From: Rubripirellula sp.
GTDB taxonomy: Bacteria; Planctomycetota; Planctomycetia; Pirellulales; Pirellulaceae
Assembly: GCA_965216875.1 (NCBI GenBank)
Contig: OZ244207.1
Span: 8,000,001-8,064,000 of the forward strand
Length of the DNA stretch: 64,000 nt
Direction: 5' to 3'
The position numbers and the translations under genes are program-made. The notes beneath the pieces were generated by a model. It was not told the origin of the DNA and ran no database searches. It worked only from the letters and a program-made list of their open reading frames with translations. Below are positions 25,305-35,523 of the stretch, one piece after another. Within the stretch, counting starts at the first letter, position 1. Every line of letters starts with the position of its first letter.

Positions 25305-26795
25305 TCACCCCAGGTTGAGTGGCCCGAAACGTTGCAGATAGTCCCCCAGTTTCAGCTTTTTTCGGGTGCTGTCACTGGTCATGTACCGGACGCTCCCGAA
25401 AACGGGCCGCTTCGGCCCCCAGGCCCGGTCATATCGCCCCAGGACCCAAAAGATTCCGCTGTACGAATTCGGGTCACGACCGTCGAGGGCGTATTTGTTG
25501 TTCAGGTGGATCATGGTCGCCAACGCTTCTTGGGGCGTCGCTGACCAATGCAGGATCTTTTTGCCCCACAGCATCCGCAAGTAGTTGTGCATCACCCCAG
25601 TCGACCCAAGCTGCCGTTGGGCCGCATTCCAGAGTTCGTCGTGGGTCTCGGCCCGCTCGAATTGATCGAGGTCGTACAGATACGGTCGCGGGTCGCTGGC
25701 ATGTTCGGCGAGCGTTGCCAGAGCCCAATCGGGCAGCGAATCGAATTGGTCGTACTGGCCGGGGCGCCGGTGGGTCTGGTTGAAACCCATTTCGCGCCAG
25801 GTGAGCACTTGGTCCAAGAATGCTTCCGCCGCGGGGGATGCATTCCAGAATCCGTGGTTCTTTCCGTTTGGCTTGGACGCTTGGTCGGGCGTCCACTCTT
25901 GTTGGTCCAGCAGGTCACACACAACCTGGTGTGCCGAAATGTGCCCGAAGTGATAGTACGGACTCAATCCCGACGTCCCCGCCAACGCGGGATGATTGCG
26001 ATCGTCGTCGTAGCCAGCCAAGGCCGATCCCAAAAAGGAACGCCACCGACGTTGGGCCTCGACTTGTCCCCCTTCGATCGGCGCCGGCCCGACGCCGTGA
26101 TCGATCGGTATCGCGGCCAAGCCATCATCGCCGAGAAGGGTTGCGAAATCAGCAGGCTTCCAGCGACGGGTGATCGATGCTGGAAGCTTGTCGAGTTTTG
26201 GCAATTTGACGCGCGCGGCAGGATCGGCTTTGGGTGTTTCCAGGAGGACATCAAGGATGTTCTTTTGCATCCAGCGCCGATAGCTGTGGGCGACCGTGAA
26301 GGTTCGATCGGGCAGACGCAAAGGAACCAGTCCGTTACCGTCGACCAATTCGAGGTGGGCGGGCAGTCGATGCCGCACCGCCTCGATCATGTCTGGCAAA
26401 AAGAAACAGGGGTATTCATCGGTCACCACTGTGCAGGCGCGTTTTGCAAGCTGCGAAAGAAGCGGTGTCCCCCGCCCCGGTTCCGGTTCGACGTAGGGGA
26501 AGTAGCTGACCGAGGTCTTTGCAAACGCCGCGGCGTTGTCTCGCATCCCTTCGATCACAAATCGGTGCATCCGGTCGCTCGCCCAGCGATAACGCGTTCG
26601 AAGCGGCTCGAACACAAGCAGCGGCTTGCCGAGTGATTTCGCGCGGTCGACCGCGTGCTGGAGTGCGAAATTGAATCGCGTTCGCCGCTGGGCAATCATC
26701 CAGTAGAGGACGTAGTCGCCAGAGTCACGAATGGCGACGTCGTTGGCAGCGGTTAATCGAGAGAGTGGGATTCCCATTGCGTCGCTGCGAACCAT
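25305..26795 (-). CDS. phr: Class II CPD photolyase
   Basis: VLYWM, SGLSPYYHFGHIS, MHNYLRMLWGKKILHWS, NNKYALDGRDPNSY. Confidence 0.92.
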   Translation of the reverse strand: MVRSDAMGIPLSRLTAANDVAIRDSGDYVLYWMIAQRRTRFNFALQHAVDRAKSLGKPLLVFEPLRTRYRWASDRMHRFVIEGMRDNAAAFAKTSVSYFPYVEPEPGRGTPLLSQLAKRACTVVTDEYPCFFLPDMIEAVRHRLPAHLELVDGNGLVPLRLPDRTFTVAHSYRRWMQKNILDVLLETPKADPAARVKLPKLDKLPASITRRWKPADFATLLGDDGLAAIPIDHGVGPAPIEGGQVEAQRRWRSFLGSALAGYDDDRNHPALAGTSGLSPYYHFGHISAHQVVCDLLDQQEWTPDQASKPNGKNHGFWNASPAAEAFLDQVLTWREMGFNQTHRRPGQYDQFDSLPDWALATLAEHASDPRPYLYDLDQFERAETHDELWNAAQRQLGSTGVMHNYLRMLWGKKILHWSATPQEALATMIHLNNKYALDGRDPNSYSGIFWVLGRYDRAWGPKRPVFGSVRYMTSDSTRKKLKLGDYLQRFGPLNLG

Positions 26796-26830
26796 TCCAT
26801 GCGTTTAGTCAAGCTTTCGACGCGGGATTA

Positions 26831-27733
26831 TCACTCGGCGTCAACCATTTTGCGTTTGACCATCGTGATCTCGTTGCCCACTTTATTGTGCTTGACCTCG
26901 TCCATGAACGCGTTGATCAGTAACAATCCTCGTCCACCCGCCTTTTCGAGATTCTCGGGGTCGGTCGGGTCGACAAGTGACGAGGGATCGAAGCCTGGGC
27001 CTTCATCGCGAACGACAAAGGTTGCTTCGTTGGTGGTGGCGTGCAGCCGCACAAAGACGCGGCGATCACAATACGGCTTTTCCGTTTTGCGTTTTGCGAT
27101 TAGATCGACGTAGGGTTTGCCATCGTCGGTTTGGCGCAGATCCGACGAAACTTCCAGGTTGCCATGCACCATCGCATTGACCAAAGATTCATCGAGTGCC
27201 ATGGCGATTTGCATCCGTTCACCTTCGTCGAACAGCTCCAACTCGACCAAGGGTTGTTCGAGCCGGGTGATCACCTTGGGGACCATTGTCTCGTCGTTGC
27301 TCAGGTTCAGTTCGACCATGTTGGCCACCGCGAACTTGGCGACCGCCTTTGCCGATTGAGCCGCTTCGACCACCGACAGGACTTGCCGTACGGTGGGGGC
27401 AAGCGTTGACATCATGTCGCGTTTGGGGACGTAGCTGGCTGCGCCCTTTTGCAATGCCTCGGCGGCGATCTCTTCGCTTCCCTGGCTCGTCGTCAAGATG
27501 ACGGGGATCGTGGGAGCGTTTTGGTTGACGGCAGCAACCAAGTCGAGCCCATTCATGCCTGGCATCTGTAGGTCGGTGACGACGGCACTCGGCGGATCAG
27601 CCAGGATTTGTTCGTAGGCGACTTGGCCATCGTCGGCCGTCTTGACCTCGTAGCCATCCTTTTCCAGCACCAACTGCAACTGACGCAGCTGGGTGGGACT
27701 GTCATCGACAACAAGGATGTGGTTTAGAGACAT
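26831..27733 (-). CDS. Response regulator receiver fused to RsbW-like HATPase (anti-sigma kinase)
   Basis: ILVVDD, TDLQMPGMNG, YVPK; ESLVNAMVHGN, DEGPGFD, GRGLLLI. Confidence 0.9.
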   Translation of the reverse strand: MSLNHILVVDDSPTQLRQLQLVLEKDGYEVKTADDGQVAYEQILADPPSAVVTDLQMPGMNGLDLVAAVNQNAPTIPVILTTSQGSEEIAAEALQKGAASYVPKRDMMSTLAPTVRQVLSVVEAAQSAKAVAKFAVANMVELNLSNDETMVPKVITRLEQPLVELELFDEGERMQIAMALDESLVNAMVHGNLEVSSDLRQTDDGKPYVDLIAKRKTEKPYCDRRVFVRLHATTNEATFVVRDEGPGFDPSSLVDPTDPENLEKAGGRGLLLINAFMDEVKHNKVGNEITMVKRKMVDAE

Positions 27734-27968
27734 AAGTTGGGGCTAGTGTTTTGTCCGATCCAGCAAGTCAAATGGAAAACGCTGAAAATCCGGCCATCGC
27801 GTTGGTTGGCGTTTTGACCGCAGGCAATTTGGGCATAGATCATAACGGGCGGCGATCACGAATGCGCGGGCACCAAACGCCAGCACCAAAACGCGATCAC
27901 GGAGGTGCGATCACACAGGCGCGGGTCGCGGGGGCCCATGAGACCTTACGGGTGGTGGGCACGCCTCA

Positions 27969-28023
27969 CGACGCCCATCGGACCTCGACGGCCCATCGGA
28001 TCTCGACGGCCCGTCGGACCTCG
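27969..28023 (+). repeat. Intergenic tandem repeat, 3 x ~18 bp (CGACGGCCCATCGGACCT)
   Basis: Visible directly in the sequence. Confidence 0.7.
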
Positions 28024-28254
28024 GGGAAGTCCAGTGGTGCGAAGGGCGTTTTTTCAACGGCTCTTCCCATTCGCACCGCTTTTGATTCTAACGTGTCAAA
28101 GCGACCGATGCGCCGCCAGCGTCCTGTATTGGGGCCACGTTCGCACTGTCTGGCCGCAGCCACGCCTGACAATCGCGACAATGCGACTATCCTCGATCGC
28201 ATTGCAACGCCTGACGTTTGACCAAGCCCGACTGTTCGCTTCGAGACTGCTGAA

Positions 28255-29541
28255 TTGCCCCGTTGGCGACGCCGAAATCGAATCCGTCTGTTTTTGGTGA
28301 TCTTTACGATCGCCATGACGATGGTTGCCTATGTCTTTGGGCTCTCATTCCTGCAATCAGCCGGGATTTCGTACCTCAAGCCGCAGCAGCTCTTCATTCC
28401 GCGGTTGATGGACGTGGTCAACGTGGTCTGGTTGTTTTTTGTTAGTAGCGCGATTGGCAGTTTCTTGAATGTGGTTGCTTGGCGCATGCCTCGGGGCGAA
28501 AGCGTCAATGGACGTTCCTATTGCCCGCGTTGTCAGACCCAGCTCAAAGCACGAGACAACTTCCCCGTTTTCGGCTGGCTTGCTCTCGGGGGACGGTGCC
28601 GCACCTGCCGATTGCCGATTTCGCCGCGATATCCCATCGTCGAAGCGGTCGTTGGCATCACGCTGACCGTGGTGGGTGTCTTTGAACTCTATCGCCTCGC
28701 GTTGCCGAATCAGTTGGTCTTTTGGCATGGCGGGCCACTTTGGACGCCACACATTGATCAGCAATTACTGTTCACCGTGACTTACCACATCGTGGTCCTC
28801 AGTTTCGCTTGGGCCTTTGGTTTGATTCGCATGGATGGCAAGCCGCTTCCAGCAAAACTGGTCGCAACCGCAATGGCGGTGCTCGTCATTCCAATGCTTG
28901 CCCTGCCAATGTTGATGGTCGTGCCGTGGCAGACTGTCTATCCGGTTGATCCCCAAGACTGGGATCCGAGTGGACTTTATATCGACGCATTGATGCGCGT
29001 GATCACGTCGGTTGCGATTGCCGTTGTCATCGGGCGTTTCCTGGGACGCAGTCTCTGTCCTGGTGCCGACCCAAAACTCGATCCACTGGGGTGGCGCACA
29101 CGGCGGTTGCTCGATCTGATCGCCATCCTTTGCGTGCCTGCCATCTTGCTGGGCTGGCATGCGACGGCAGCCATCACCGTGGTGGCCGCGCTGTTTGCAG
29201 CGATCTCAAAACGATGCGTTCCCGATTCATGTGACTCGCTCGGCCGACTCGCTGTGGCGATGCCGATCGCAACCGCACTTGCGTTGTGCCTGTGGCGATT
29301 CCTTGAACAGGTGCCGTTTTGGCCCGGAGTCGGCAAGTCACCCTGGACGATCCTGGTTTGGTTTGCCCTCCTGTTCATTGTGCCGATATGGCTCAAGGAT
29401 CCCGCAGACGCGAATCTCAATCCTGCTCCAACGCCATTCAGTGGCGCAGAAGATGACGAGGATGAAGAAGAGGATGATGAGGGCGACGACGAAGAGTTCG
29501 GTGAAGAACGAGCCGACCGTGATTCACCCGAAGTGGTTTGA
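28255..29541 (+). CDS. Prepilin peptidase A24-like membrane protein
   Basis: GSFLNVVAWRMP, SYCPRC...GRCRTCRLPISPRYP double CxxC domain, many TM segments, acidic tail. Confidence 0.85.
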   Translation: MPRWRRRNRIRLFLVIFTIAMTMVAYVFGLSFLQSAGISYLKPQQLFIPRLMDVVNVVWLFFVSSAIGSFLNVVAWRMPRGESVNGRSYCPRCQTQLKARDNFPVFGWLALGGRCRTCRLPISPRYPIVEAVVGITLTVVGVFELYRLALPNQLVFWHGGPLWTPHIDQQLLFTVTYHIVVLSFAWAFGLIRMDGKPLPAKLVATAMAVLVIPMLALPMLMVVPWQTVYPVDPQDWDPSGLYIDALMRVITSVAIAVVIGRFLGRSLCPGADPKLDPLGWRTRRLLDLIAILCVPAILLGWHATAAITVVAALFAAISKRCVPDSCDSLGRLAVAMPIATALALCLWRFLEQVPFWPGVGKSPWTILVWFALLFIVPIWLKDPADANLNPAPTPFSGAEDDEDEEEDDEGDDEEFGEERADRDSPEVV

Positions 29542-29574
29542 TCGGATGAGCCGTGTCACTGAGTTGTCAGTTCG

Positions 29575-30072
29575 TCACTGGGTCGGTCGAGGACGCAACT
29601 GACAGAAGAGGGCTTTCTTTTGGTCGGGTAACGAGAAATCGAAACCGCAGCCCTGTAAAAAGTTCTCCGACGAGCTGATCGCCATCACTTCCATGACGCC
29701 AAGGCTTCGAGCCCGTTCGACGCATTCGGAAACGAGTGCTCGGCCGATCCCGCTGCTTTGACAATGCTTGGCGACCGCGAGGCATTGCAGTTCGGCAAGT
29801 TTGGCACTGTAGACTTCGATCGCCGCGAAACCGACGATTTTCAAGGGCCCAGCATTCTTGCCGGTTTCGTCCGCCACCGGTTGTTCCGCTACAAAACCGT
29901 GCCGGGTCAATTCGATCACTTCGGCTTCGGTACGTGAGAGCAACAGTCGCTGCATCACGTAGGGGCGCATCAATGCATGGATGGCAGCAGCGTCTGCGGG
30001 CGCAGCTTGGCGAATCACCGTTCCATCAGGTAACTGCGTCAGCGAACTGTCGGCGGAACGTGAATCGCTCAA
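29575..30072 (-). CDS. GNAT acetyltransferase, short ArgA-like
   Basis: LLLSR, AELQCLAV, QSSGIGRALV acetyl-CoA motif. Confidence 0.75.
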   Translation of the reverse strand: MSDSRSADSSLTQLPDGTVIRQAAPADAAAIHALMRPYVMQRLLLSRTEAEVIELTRHGFVAEQPVADETGKNAGPLKIVGFAAIEVYSAKLAELQCLAVAKHCQSSGIGRALVSECVERARSLGVMEVMAISSSENFLQGCGFDFSLPDQKKALFCQLRPRPTQ

Positions 30073-31559
30073 TTCAATTGGACGGGGTTGGTAGCTTGCT
30101 TGACCGTGTCACGCATCAATCCGGTGGGCGCCTCGCGTCCGGTGAAGAGTTTGAATTGGTAGGCGGCTTGTCGAACGAACATGTCGACACCCGTAATGAT
30201 GCGTGCCTTGGCTTGTTTGGCTTGTTTGATCAAGAGCGTGTTTTCGGGATTGTAGACCGTGTCGAATACAACCATGTATTCGTTCAGCGCCGTCGAGTTG
30301 TAGGGGCTACTGTCGACATCGGGATGCATGCCCACCGGGGTGCCGTTGACCAACAGGTGAGGCCGGAACTCGTGTCGGAGTTCCCATTCGACCGCCCGGC
30401 AACCGATTTGGGAGGCGAGCAATTGCGATCGTTCCATATTCCGCGAAGTGATGGTCACTTCGCAGTGGCGTTGTCGCAGTCCCCAAGCGATGGCTCGCGA
30501 AACACCGCCAGCACCAAGCACGAGCGCTTTCTTGCCTTGCATCGGTCGTTCAACGTTCTTGTCGATCTTGAACGACTCTTCGATGCAATCCATCGCAGCG
30601 CGATAGTCGGTGTTGTATCCCAATACATCGTCGCCATGGACCACCATTGTATTGATCGCACCGATCCCGGTCGCGCTCGATTCGGCCTGAGTGCAATAGT
30701 CTACGGCCGCCTCTTTGTGCGGGATTGTGATGCTAATCCCGTGCACACCTAACTCACCACAAGAATCCATGAAGTGATGCAGGTCATCTTTCGGGACACG
30801 GAACGGAAGGTAGCAGGCGTTGAGACCTTCTTTTTGGAATGCCGTGTTGTGGATCAGCGGGCTGTAGCTGTGAGCGACGGGGTCGGCGATCACACCAAAC
30901 AACTCGGTCGATGCGTCGATCTTTTCGTAGTTGTAGAGATTGGCCATCTCTTTCCAGTCAAGTTGGCCAGGTGCGATCTTCTTGCCGCTTCCGTAGGTTG
31001 CGTAAGTGAATGGCGAACCGACGCGATTGGCCAAGATGCGCGTCAACATTCCCATCTCGCCCATGCAGATACCGATTGTTGGCACCCTCGCATTTTGGCA
31101 AAGCTTGATCATGCGAATGTTGTCTTTGAAGGTGTTTGCCATCGTCGCAATCTTGACGATATCGGCATCCTCTTCAGCCATCGCTTCGTGCAGCTCTTCC
31201 AGATTGTCAGGCGTTCCTGAGAAGTCGTGGAAGCTGATGATTCGTTTTGTGGTTCCGTAACGAGGAATCTGTGCAGCGACGTCGGCTTCAATGTCGACGT
31301 ATTCGACACCTGTTGCGATCGCGCTGCGCAGAAGCATCATCCGTTCCTGCTCGGTCTTCATCCATCGCCCGCCATCGTTGCGGCGACGGACGGTGATCAC
31401 GGCAGGGGTCGGGCGTTCGTCTAATAGGCGTCCAAGATTGACCGCACGACCGATGTAGTCCAGACGCAGCTCGACGAGCTTGACACCCTGTTCAGCAAGG
31501 AATTTGTGTTCGGCGATCATCCGCTTGTGGCGGGCGCGGCCAAGGCTAACGCAAATCAT
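30069..31559 (-). CDS. aroDE: Fused type I 3-dehydroquinate dehydratase/shikimate dehydrogenase
   Basis: VELRLD, IISFHDF, DIVKIA, APGQL; HSYSPLIHN, ITIPHK, GAINT, NTD, GAGG, DTVYNP, MFVRQA. Confidence 0.95.
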   Translation of the reverse strand: MICVSLGRARHKRMIAEHKFLAEQGVKLVELRLDYIGRAVNLGRLLDERPTPAVITVRRRNDGGRWMKTEQERMMLLRSAIATGVEYVDIEADVAAQIPRYGTTKRIISFHDFSGTPDNLEELHEAMAEEDADIVKIATMANTFKDNIRMIKLCQNARVPTIGICMGEMGMLTRILANRVGSPFTYATYGSGKKIAPGQLDWKEMANLYNYEKIDASTELFGVIADPVAHSYSPLIHNTAFQKEGLNACYLPFRVPKDDLHHFMDSCGELGVHGISITIPHKEAAVDYCTQAESSATGIGAINTMVVHGDDVLGYNTDYRAAMDCIEESFKIDKNVERPMQGKKALVLGAGGVSRAIAWGLRQRHCEVTITSRNMERSQLLASQIGCRAVEWELRHEFRPHLLVNGTPVGMHPDVDSSPYNSTALNEYMVVFDTVYNPENTLLIKQAKQAKARIITGVDMFVRQAAYQFKLFTGREAPTGLMRDTVKQATNPVQLN

Positions 31560-31954
31560 GAAGTAAGAAACAGTCGATGAAGATGGGTCGGTCGTGAATT
31601 CAATAGGGCCAGCGGTCCGATTCGGCCCCCAAGACGATCAAAGCTCAGCCCAGTCGATCGAGACTCGGCAAGTGGATCAAGGTTGGGCGGTACCGTGGTG
31701 AACACCTCGGGATGCTGCCAAAAATGCAAAGCCTATAATAGATGCGGTCCGGGCATCGAGCGGGGGTGTTTACACATTCCTGCGAGGACACATTGCAAAC
31801 CTCGGCATTTGGGCCAGTTTCAAGCCGCAAAACCGCCTTATTCGTCATGAGTCTTCCATTTCACCTAGTCAATAAAGCTGAACCGGTTTCCGAAAGTCGG
31901 GCTGCCCAGAATTGGGCTACCAAGAATCGACGATTCGCCCGTTTGGCTGCATTG

Positions 31955-33076
31955 ATGACACCTTTCCACGTCACCCCGTTCGCTTTGGCGTCCGTTTTGG
32001 GCCTGTTCGCTGTCGGGCCGATCGCCCTCGCCGATTGGCCACTCCCCAGAGGGAATGCCCAGTCAACCGGGTACACCGACCAGACGTTGCCCGAAACACT
32101 CGAAGTTGCCTGGGAGTACAAAGCGGAAGAGGCGATCGAAACGACGCCCGTTGTTGCTCAGGGACGCGTCTTCTTGAGCGATGTGATGGGACGTTTGTAT
32201 GCCGTCAATGAATCGGATGGCTCGGAGATCTGGAAAAAGAACTACGACACCGGCTTCATTGCATCGCCTGCGGTCAACGGAAAACTCTTGGTGATCGGTG
32301 ATATCGAAGGGAATCTTTACGGTCTCGATGTCGCAACCGGCAATGAAACTTGGAAGGCAATGACCGATGGTGAAATCAACGGCGCGGCGGCCTTTTACAA
32401 AGACAACGTGTTGGTCACCAGCCAGGACGGCAAGCTTTATTGCTTTCGACAAAAAGACGGTTCACCCGTTTGGACCTACGCCACCGACGACCAGATCCGC
32501 TGCAGCCCAGCCCTTGCCGGCGATCGTACTTTCCTTGGTGGCTGTGACGGGCGATTGCATATCGTTGATCTAAAGACCGGCAAAGCGGCGACAGAACCGC
32601 TTCCACTGGGGGGACCGACCGGCAGTACTCCGGCCGTGCGCGACAACAAAGCCTTTCTGCCAATCATGGATGGAGCGATCTTTGCCTTCGATTGGTCCAA
32701 GCCAGCAGAGCTTTGGCGATACGAAGACGACGAACGCAACCAGGAATACCGAGGAAGCGCCGCGATCTCCGAAGACTTGGTGATTGTGAGCAGTCAATTC
32801 AAACAGGTTGACGCGATTTCGATCGAGACCGGAAAACGTAAATGGCGTCACACGCTGCGACGGCGCGCTGATGCTTCGCCCCTGGTCGCCGGTGATGATG
32901 TCTGGATCGCCGCGACGGACGGACGGCTGATTCGCCTTGCTCTCAAGGACGGAACGGAAAAGTGGCAATATGAAGTTCGCGGGGCGTTCATCGGCGCCCC
33001 GGCGATTTCCAACGGAAAACTCTTCATTGCCGACGACGACGGTGTGTTGCGGTGTTTTGCAGCACCCGCGAACTAG
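31955..33076 (+). CDS. PQQ-like beta-propeller repeat protein (BamB-like)
   Basis: Signal peptide then ADWP..RGN; repeated SP.V...G..DG.LY.....G...W blades. Confidence 0.88.
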   Translation: MTPFHVTPFALASVLGLFAVGPIALADWPLPRGNAQSTGYTDQTLPETLEVAWEYKAEEAIETTPVVAQGRVFLSDVMGRLYAVNESDGSEIWKKNYDTGFIASPAVNGKLLVIGDIEGNLYGLDVATGNETWKAMTDGEINGAAAFYKDNVLVTSQDGKLYCFRQKDGSPVWTYATDDQIRCSPALAGDRTFLGGCDGRLHIVDLKTGKAATEPLPLGGPTGSTPAVRDNKAFLPIMDGAIFAFDWSKPAELWRYEDDERNQEYRGSAAISEDLVIVSSQFKQVDAISIETGKRKWRHTLRRRADASPLVAGDDVWIAATDGRLIRLALKDGTEKWQYEVRGAFIGAPAISNGKLFIADDDGVLRCFAAPAN

Positions 33077-33195
33077 CGACCGAAACATTCGCTTGTCGAA
33101 CGTGTGGGGAGCAAACGCCGCGCTTCGCGTTTTGGGCGTAGGTACTACAATGGGTCGTCGCCCCTTTCACGAATCACCAGCCCCCACGAGATTGC

Positions 33196-34509
33196 ATGTC
33201 TGCCGCGAGCGATAAAAAGACCGAAGTCGGCAACTACTTCATCTCAAACTATCCACCCTACAGCACGTGGAAAAAGGATGAACTCGCCGCGGTCCGCGAG
33301 GCGCTGAACAATCCGCCGCGACAGGACACGCCACTTGGGCTTTACTTGCACATCCCGTTTTGTCGCAAACGTTGCAAGTTCTGTTACTTCAAGGTCTTTA
33401 CCGACGTCAACGCGGCGGAAGTTCAACGCTACGTCGACGCCCTCTGTGCCGAAATCTCGATGGTCAGCGAGTTGGCGGTGATGGGCGATCGCCCCTTCCG
33501 ATTCGTCTATTTCGGTGGTGGCACGCCAAGCTTTCTGTCGCCGAAACAACTCACCAAACTTGCCGGTCGACTTCGCGAGCACATTACATGGGATGGCGCC
33601 GAAGAGGTCACGTTTGAATGCGAGCCAGGAACTCTGAGCGAAACGAAGGTCAAAACGCTCCGCGAAGAACTTGGTGTGACGCGACTGAGTCTTGGTGTCG
33701 AGAATTTTTCGGACGCCATTCTCGAAGAGAACGGACGTGCTCATCTTTCAAAGCAAGTCTTCAACGCTTGGGAATGGATCGCCGCGGCCGACTTTCCCAA
33801 TGTCAACATTGACTTGATTTCAGGCATGGTGGGCGAAACGTGGGACAACTGGCGCGAGAATGTTCGCAGGACACTCGAGCTCTCGCCGGAAAGTGTCACG
33901 ATCTACCAAATGGAACTGCCCTTCAATACGGTCATCAGCAAGGACTTGATTGGCACCGGCGCCGAAAGTCCAGTTGCCGATTGGGATACCAAACGCGCTT
34001 GGGTTCAGTACGCATTCGATGAATTCAAGCAAGCGGGCTACAGCGTCAGCAGCGCCTACACGGTTGTCAAAGACCCAAGCAAAGTGAATTTCTCGTACCG
34101 TGATAATCTCTTCAGCGGTGCCGATCTGTTAGCGACGGGGATCGCAAGTTTTGGGCATGCCAGCGGCGTGCACTACCAAAACCTCCCTGACCTCGAAAAG
34201 TATCTCGGCACGATCGAATCAGGGGCGTTGCCGCTTGGTCGCGGTTTTGTGCCGACGGATGATCAACGCTTGATTCGTGAACTCATCCTGCTGCTCAAGC
34301 TTGGCAAACTGGATGCTGGCTACTTTCGCGACAAGTTCGATGTTGATGTTGTCGAGCGTTGGAAAAAAGAGTGGGACGGTCACGTTCAAGACGGGTACGC
34401 GACGATCGAAGGCGACAACATTCGCTTGACCGATGCTGGATTGCTTCGAGTGGACGGGTTGTTGCCCGTTTTCTTTGAACCGGAACACAGGCAGATTCGA
34501 TACACGTGA
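33196..34509 (+). CDS. HemN/HemW-like radical SAM protein
   Basis: LYLHIPFCRKRCKFCYF (CxxxCxxC), YFGGGTPS, RLSLGVE, NIDLI.G. Confidence 0.9.
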   Translation: MSAASDKKTEVGNYFISNYPPYSTWKKDELAAVREALNNPPRQDTPLGLYLHIPFCRKRCKFCYFKVFTDVNAAEVQRYVDALCAEISMVSELAVMGDRPFRFVYFGGGTPSFLSPKQLTKLAGRLREHITWDGAEEVTFECEPGTLSETKVKTLREELGVTRLSLGVENFSDAILEENGRAHLSKQVFNAWEWIAAADFPNVNIDLISGMVGETWDNWRENVRRTLELSPESVTIYQMELPFNTVISKDLIGTGAESPVADWDTKRAWVQYAFDEFKQAGYSVSSAYTVVKDPSKVNFSYRDNLFSGADLLATGIASFGHASGVHYQNLPDLEKYLGTIESGALPLGRGFVPTDDQRLIRELILLLKLGKLDAGYFRDKFDVDVVERWKKEWDGHVQDGYATIEGDNIRLTDAGLLRVDGLLPVFFEPEHRQIRYT

Positions 34510-35009
34510 GCGACAATCAAACATCGAGTCCTGGTTCCGAGGGCGGCGAGGATTCGTTCACGTTTGCAATGGGCGAATTCGAGGCGCACTTTCCGCGCGA
34601 CCGATCCTACGTCACCAACCACATGTGGGGCAAAGAGATTGGCGGCGGGCGTTGGCGGTTCGGATTGACGGCTTATGCGGTGCGTCTGCTTCAGGATGTT
34701 TACTTCCTGGATTGGATCGTTGATCCGCCCCAAGCCATCGAGTTGCGCGCCCAAATCGGTTCGATCGAGAGCAAGAAAGCCGAGAGCGACTTGTTTGCAC
34801 CGATCGCTGGGACGTTTGCATCGATCAACGACGCGACCATCGACGACCCTTCGTTGATCAACGCCGATGCTTATGAACAAGGCTGGTTGATCGAGATCGA
34901 TGCGGGGGCCGTGACCCCGAAACTGTTGTCACCCGACGAGTATGCGGACCATCTTAACGAAGCGTGGGAAGTGGCTCAGCGAACGATCAAAGGCCAGGTC
35001 AATCAGTAG
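34506..35009 (+). CDS. Glycine cleavage H-like lipoyl carrier protein
   Basis: Y..NH.W, GLTAYA, GSIESKKAESDLFAP..G, LINAD.Y..GWL; GTGA overlap with the radical SAM gene. Confidence 0.85.
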   Translation: MSDNQTSSPGSEGGEDSFTFAMGEFEAHFPRDRSYVTNHMWGKEIGGGRWRFGLTAYAVRLLQDVYFLDWIVDPPQAIELRAQIGSIESKKAESDLFAPIAGTFASINDATIDDPSLINADAYEQGWLIEIDAGAVTPKLLSPDEYADHLNEAWEVAQRTIKGQVNQ

Positions 35010-35025
35010 CGTTTGAAACACGCAA

Positions 35026-35523
35026 TCAATCGTCGTATGGAGGCGACGGTGGAGGCGGAGGTCCGCCAGGCGATGAAGCTGCCATCGCTCCCGCCATTTC
35101 TGCGGCGGCGCGTTCGGCCAACATGCGTGTTCGCCCCGTCATGGTGCCATTGAAATAGAGTGGCGAGATCCACGAGTTGCCCGACATCGGCACGCTGATG
35201 TCGACCTGAACGATCTCTGTTTCGTCTGTGATCGGGTCAGGCGTGATCGAGACCGTTGCACCAGTGATCGAGAATTGAGTCAAGTGATCTTGAGCGTGTT
35301 GCTCGATGGCGGTGGTGTCGGCGCCCACGATGATTCCCTTGCGAGCGGCGAGGTACGAGGCGTGGTCAATCGCGTGCTCCATCATGTTCAATCGAACAAA
35401 CTCGATGGAAGCGAACACGATGGTGATCAAGATCGAAATGGAGATCGCAAACTCGACCGCTGCCGCCCCCTGTCGCTTACATGACCGCTGGTGGCGTTTG
35501 ATTACCTTGTTCATGATTAGCAA
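35026..35523 (-). CDS. TadE-like minor pilin
   Basis: RQGAAAVEFAI followed by a hydrophobic helix, A...AAR. Confidence 0.85.
   Translation of the reverse strand: MLIMNKVIKRHQRSCKRQGAAAVEFAISISILITIVFASIEFVRLNMMEHAIDHASYLAARKGIIVGADTTAIEQHAQDHLTQFSITGATVSITPDPITDETEIVQVDISVPMSGNSWISPLYFNGTMTGRTRMLAERAAAEMAGAMAASSPGGPPPPPSPPYDD

Noticed and set aside
25548..26636. 362-aa plus-strand ORF
   Set aside because: Antisense shadow of the photolyase gene.
30069..31559. aroD-aroE fusion as a novelty
   Set aside because: This fusion is already known from planctomycetes, chlamydiae and plants.
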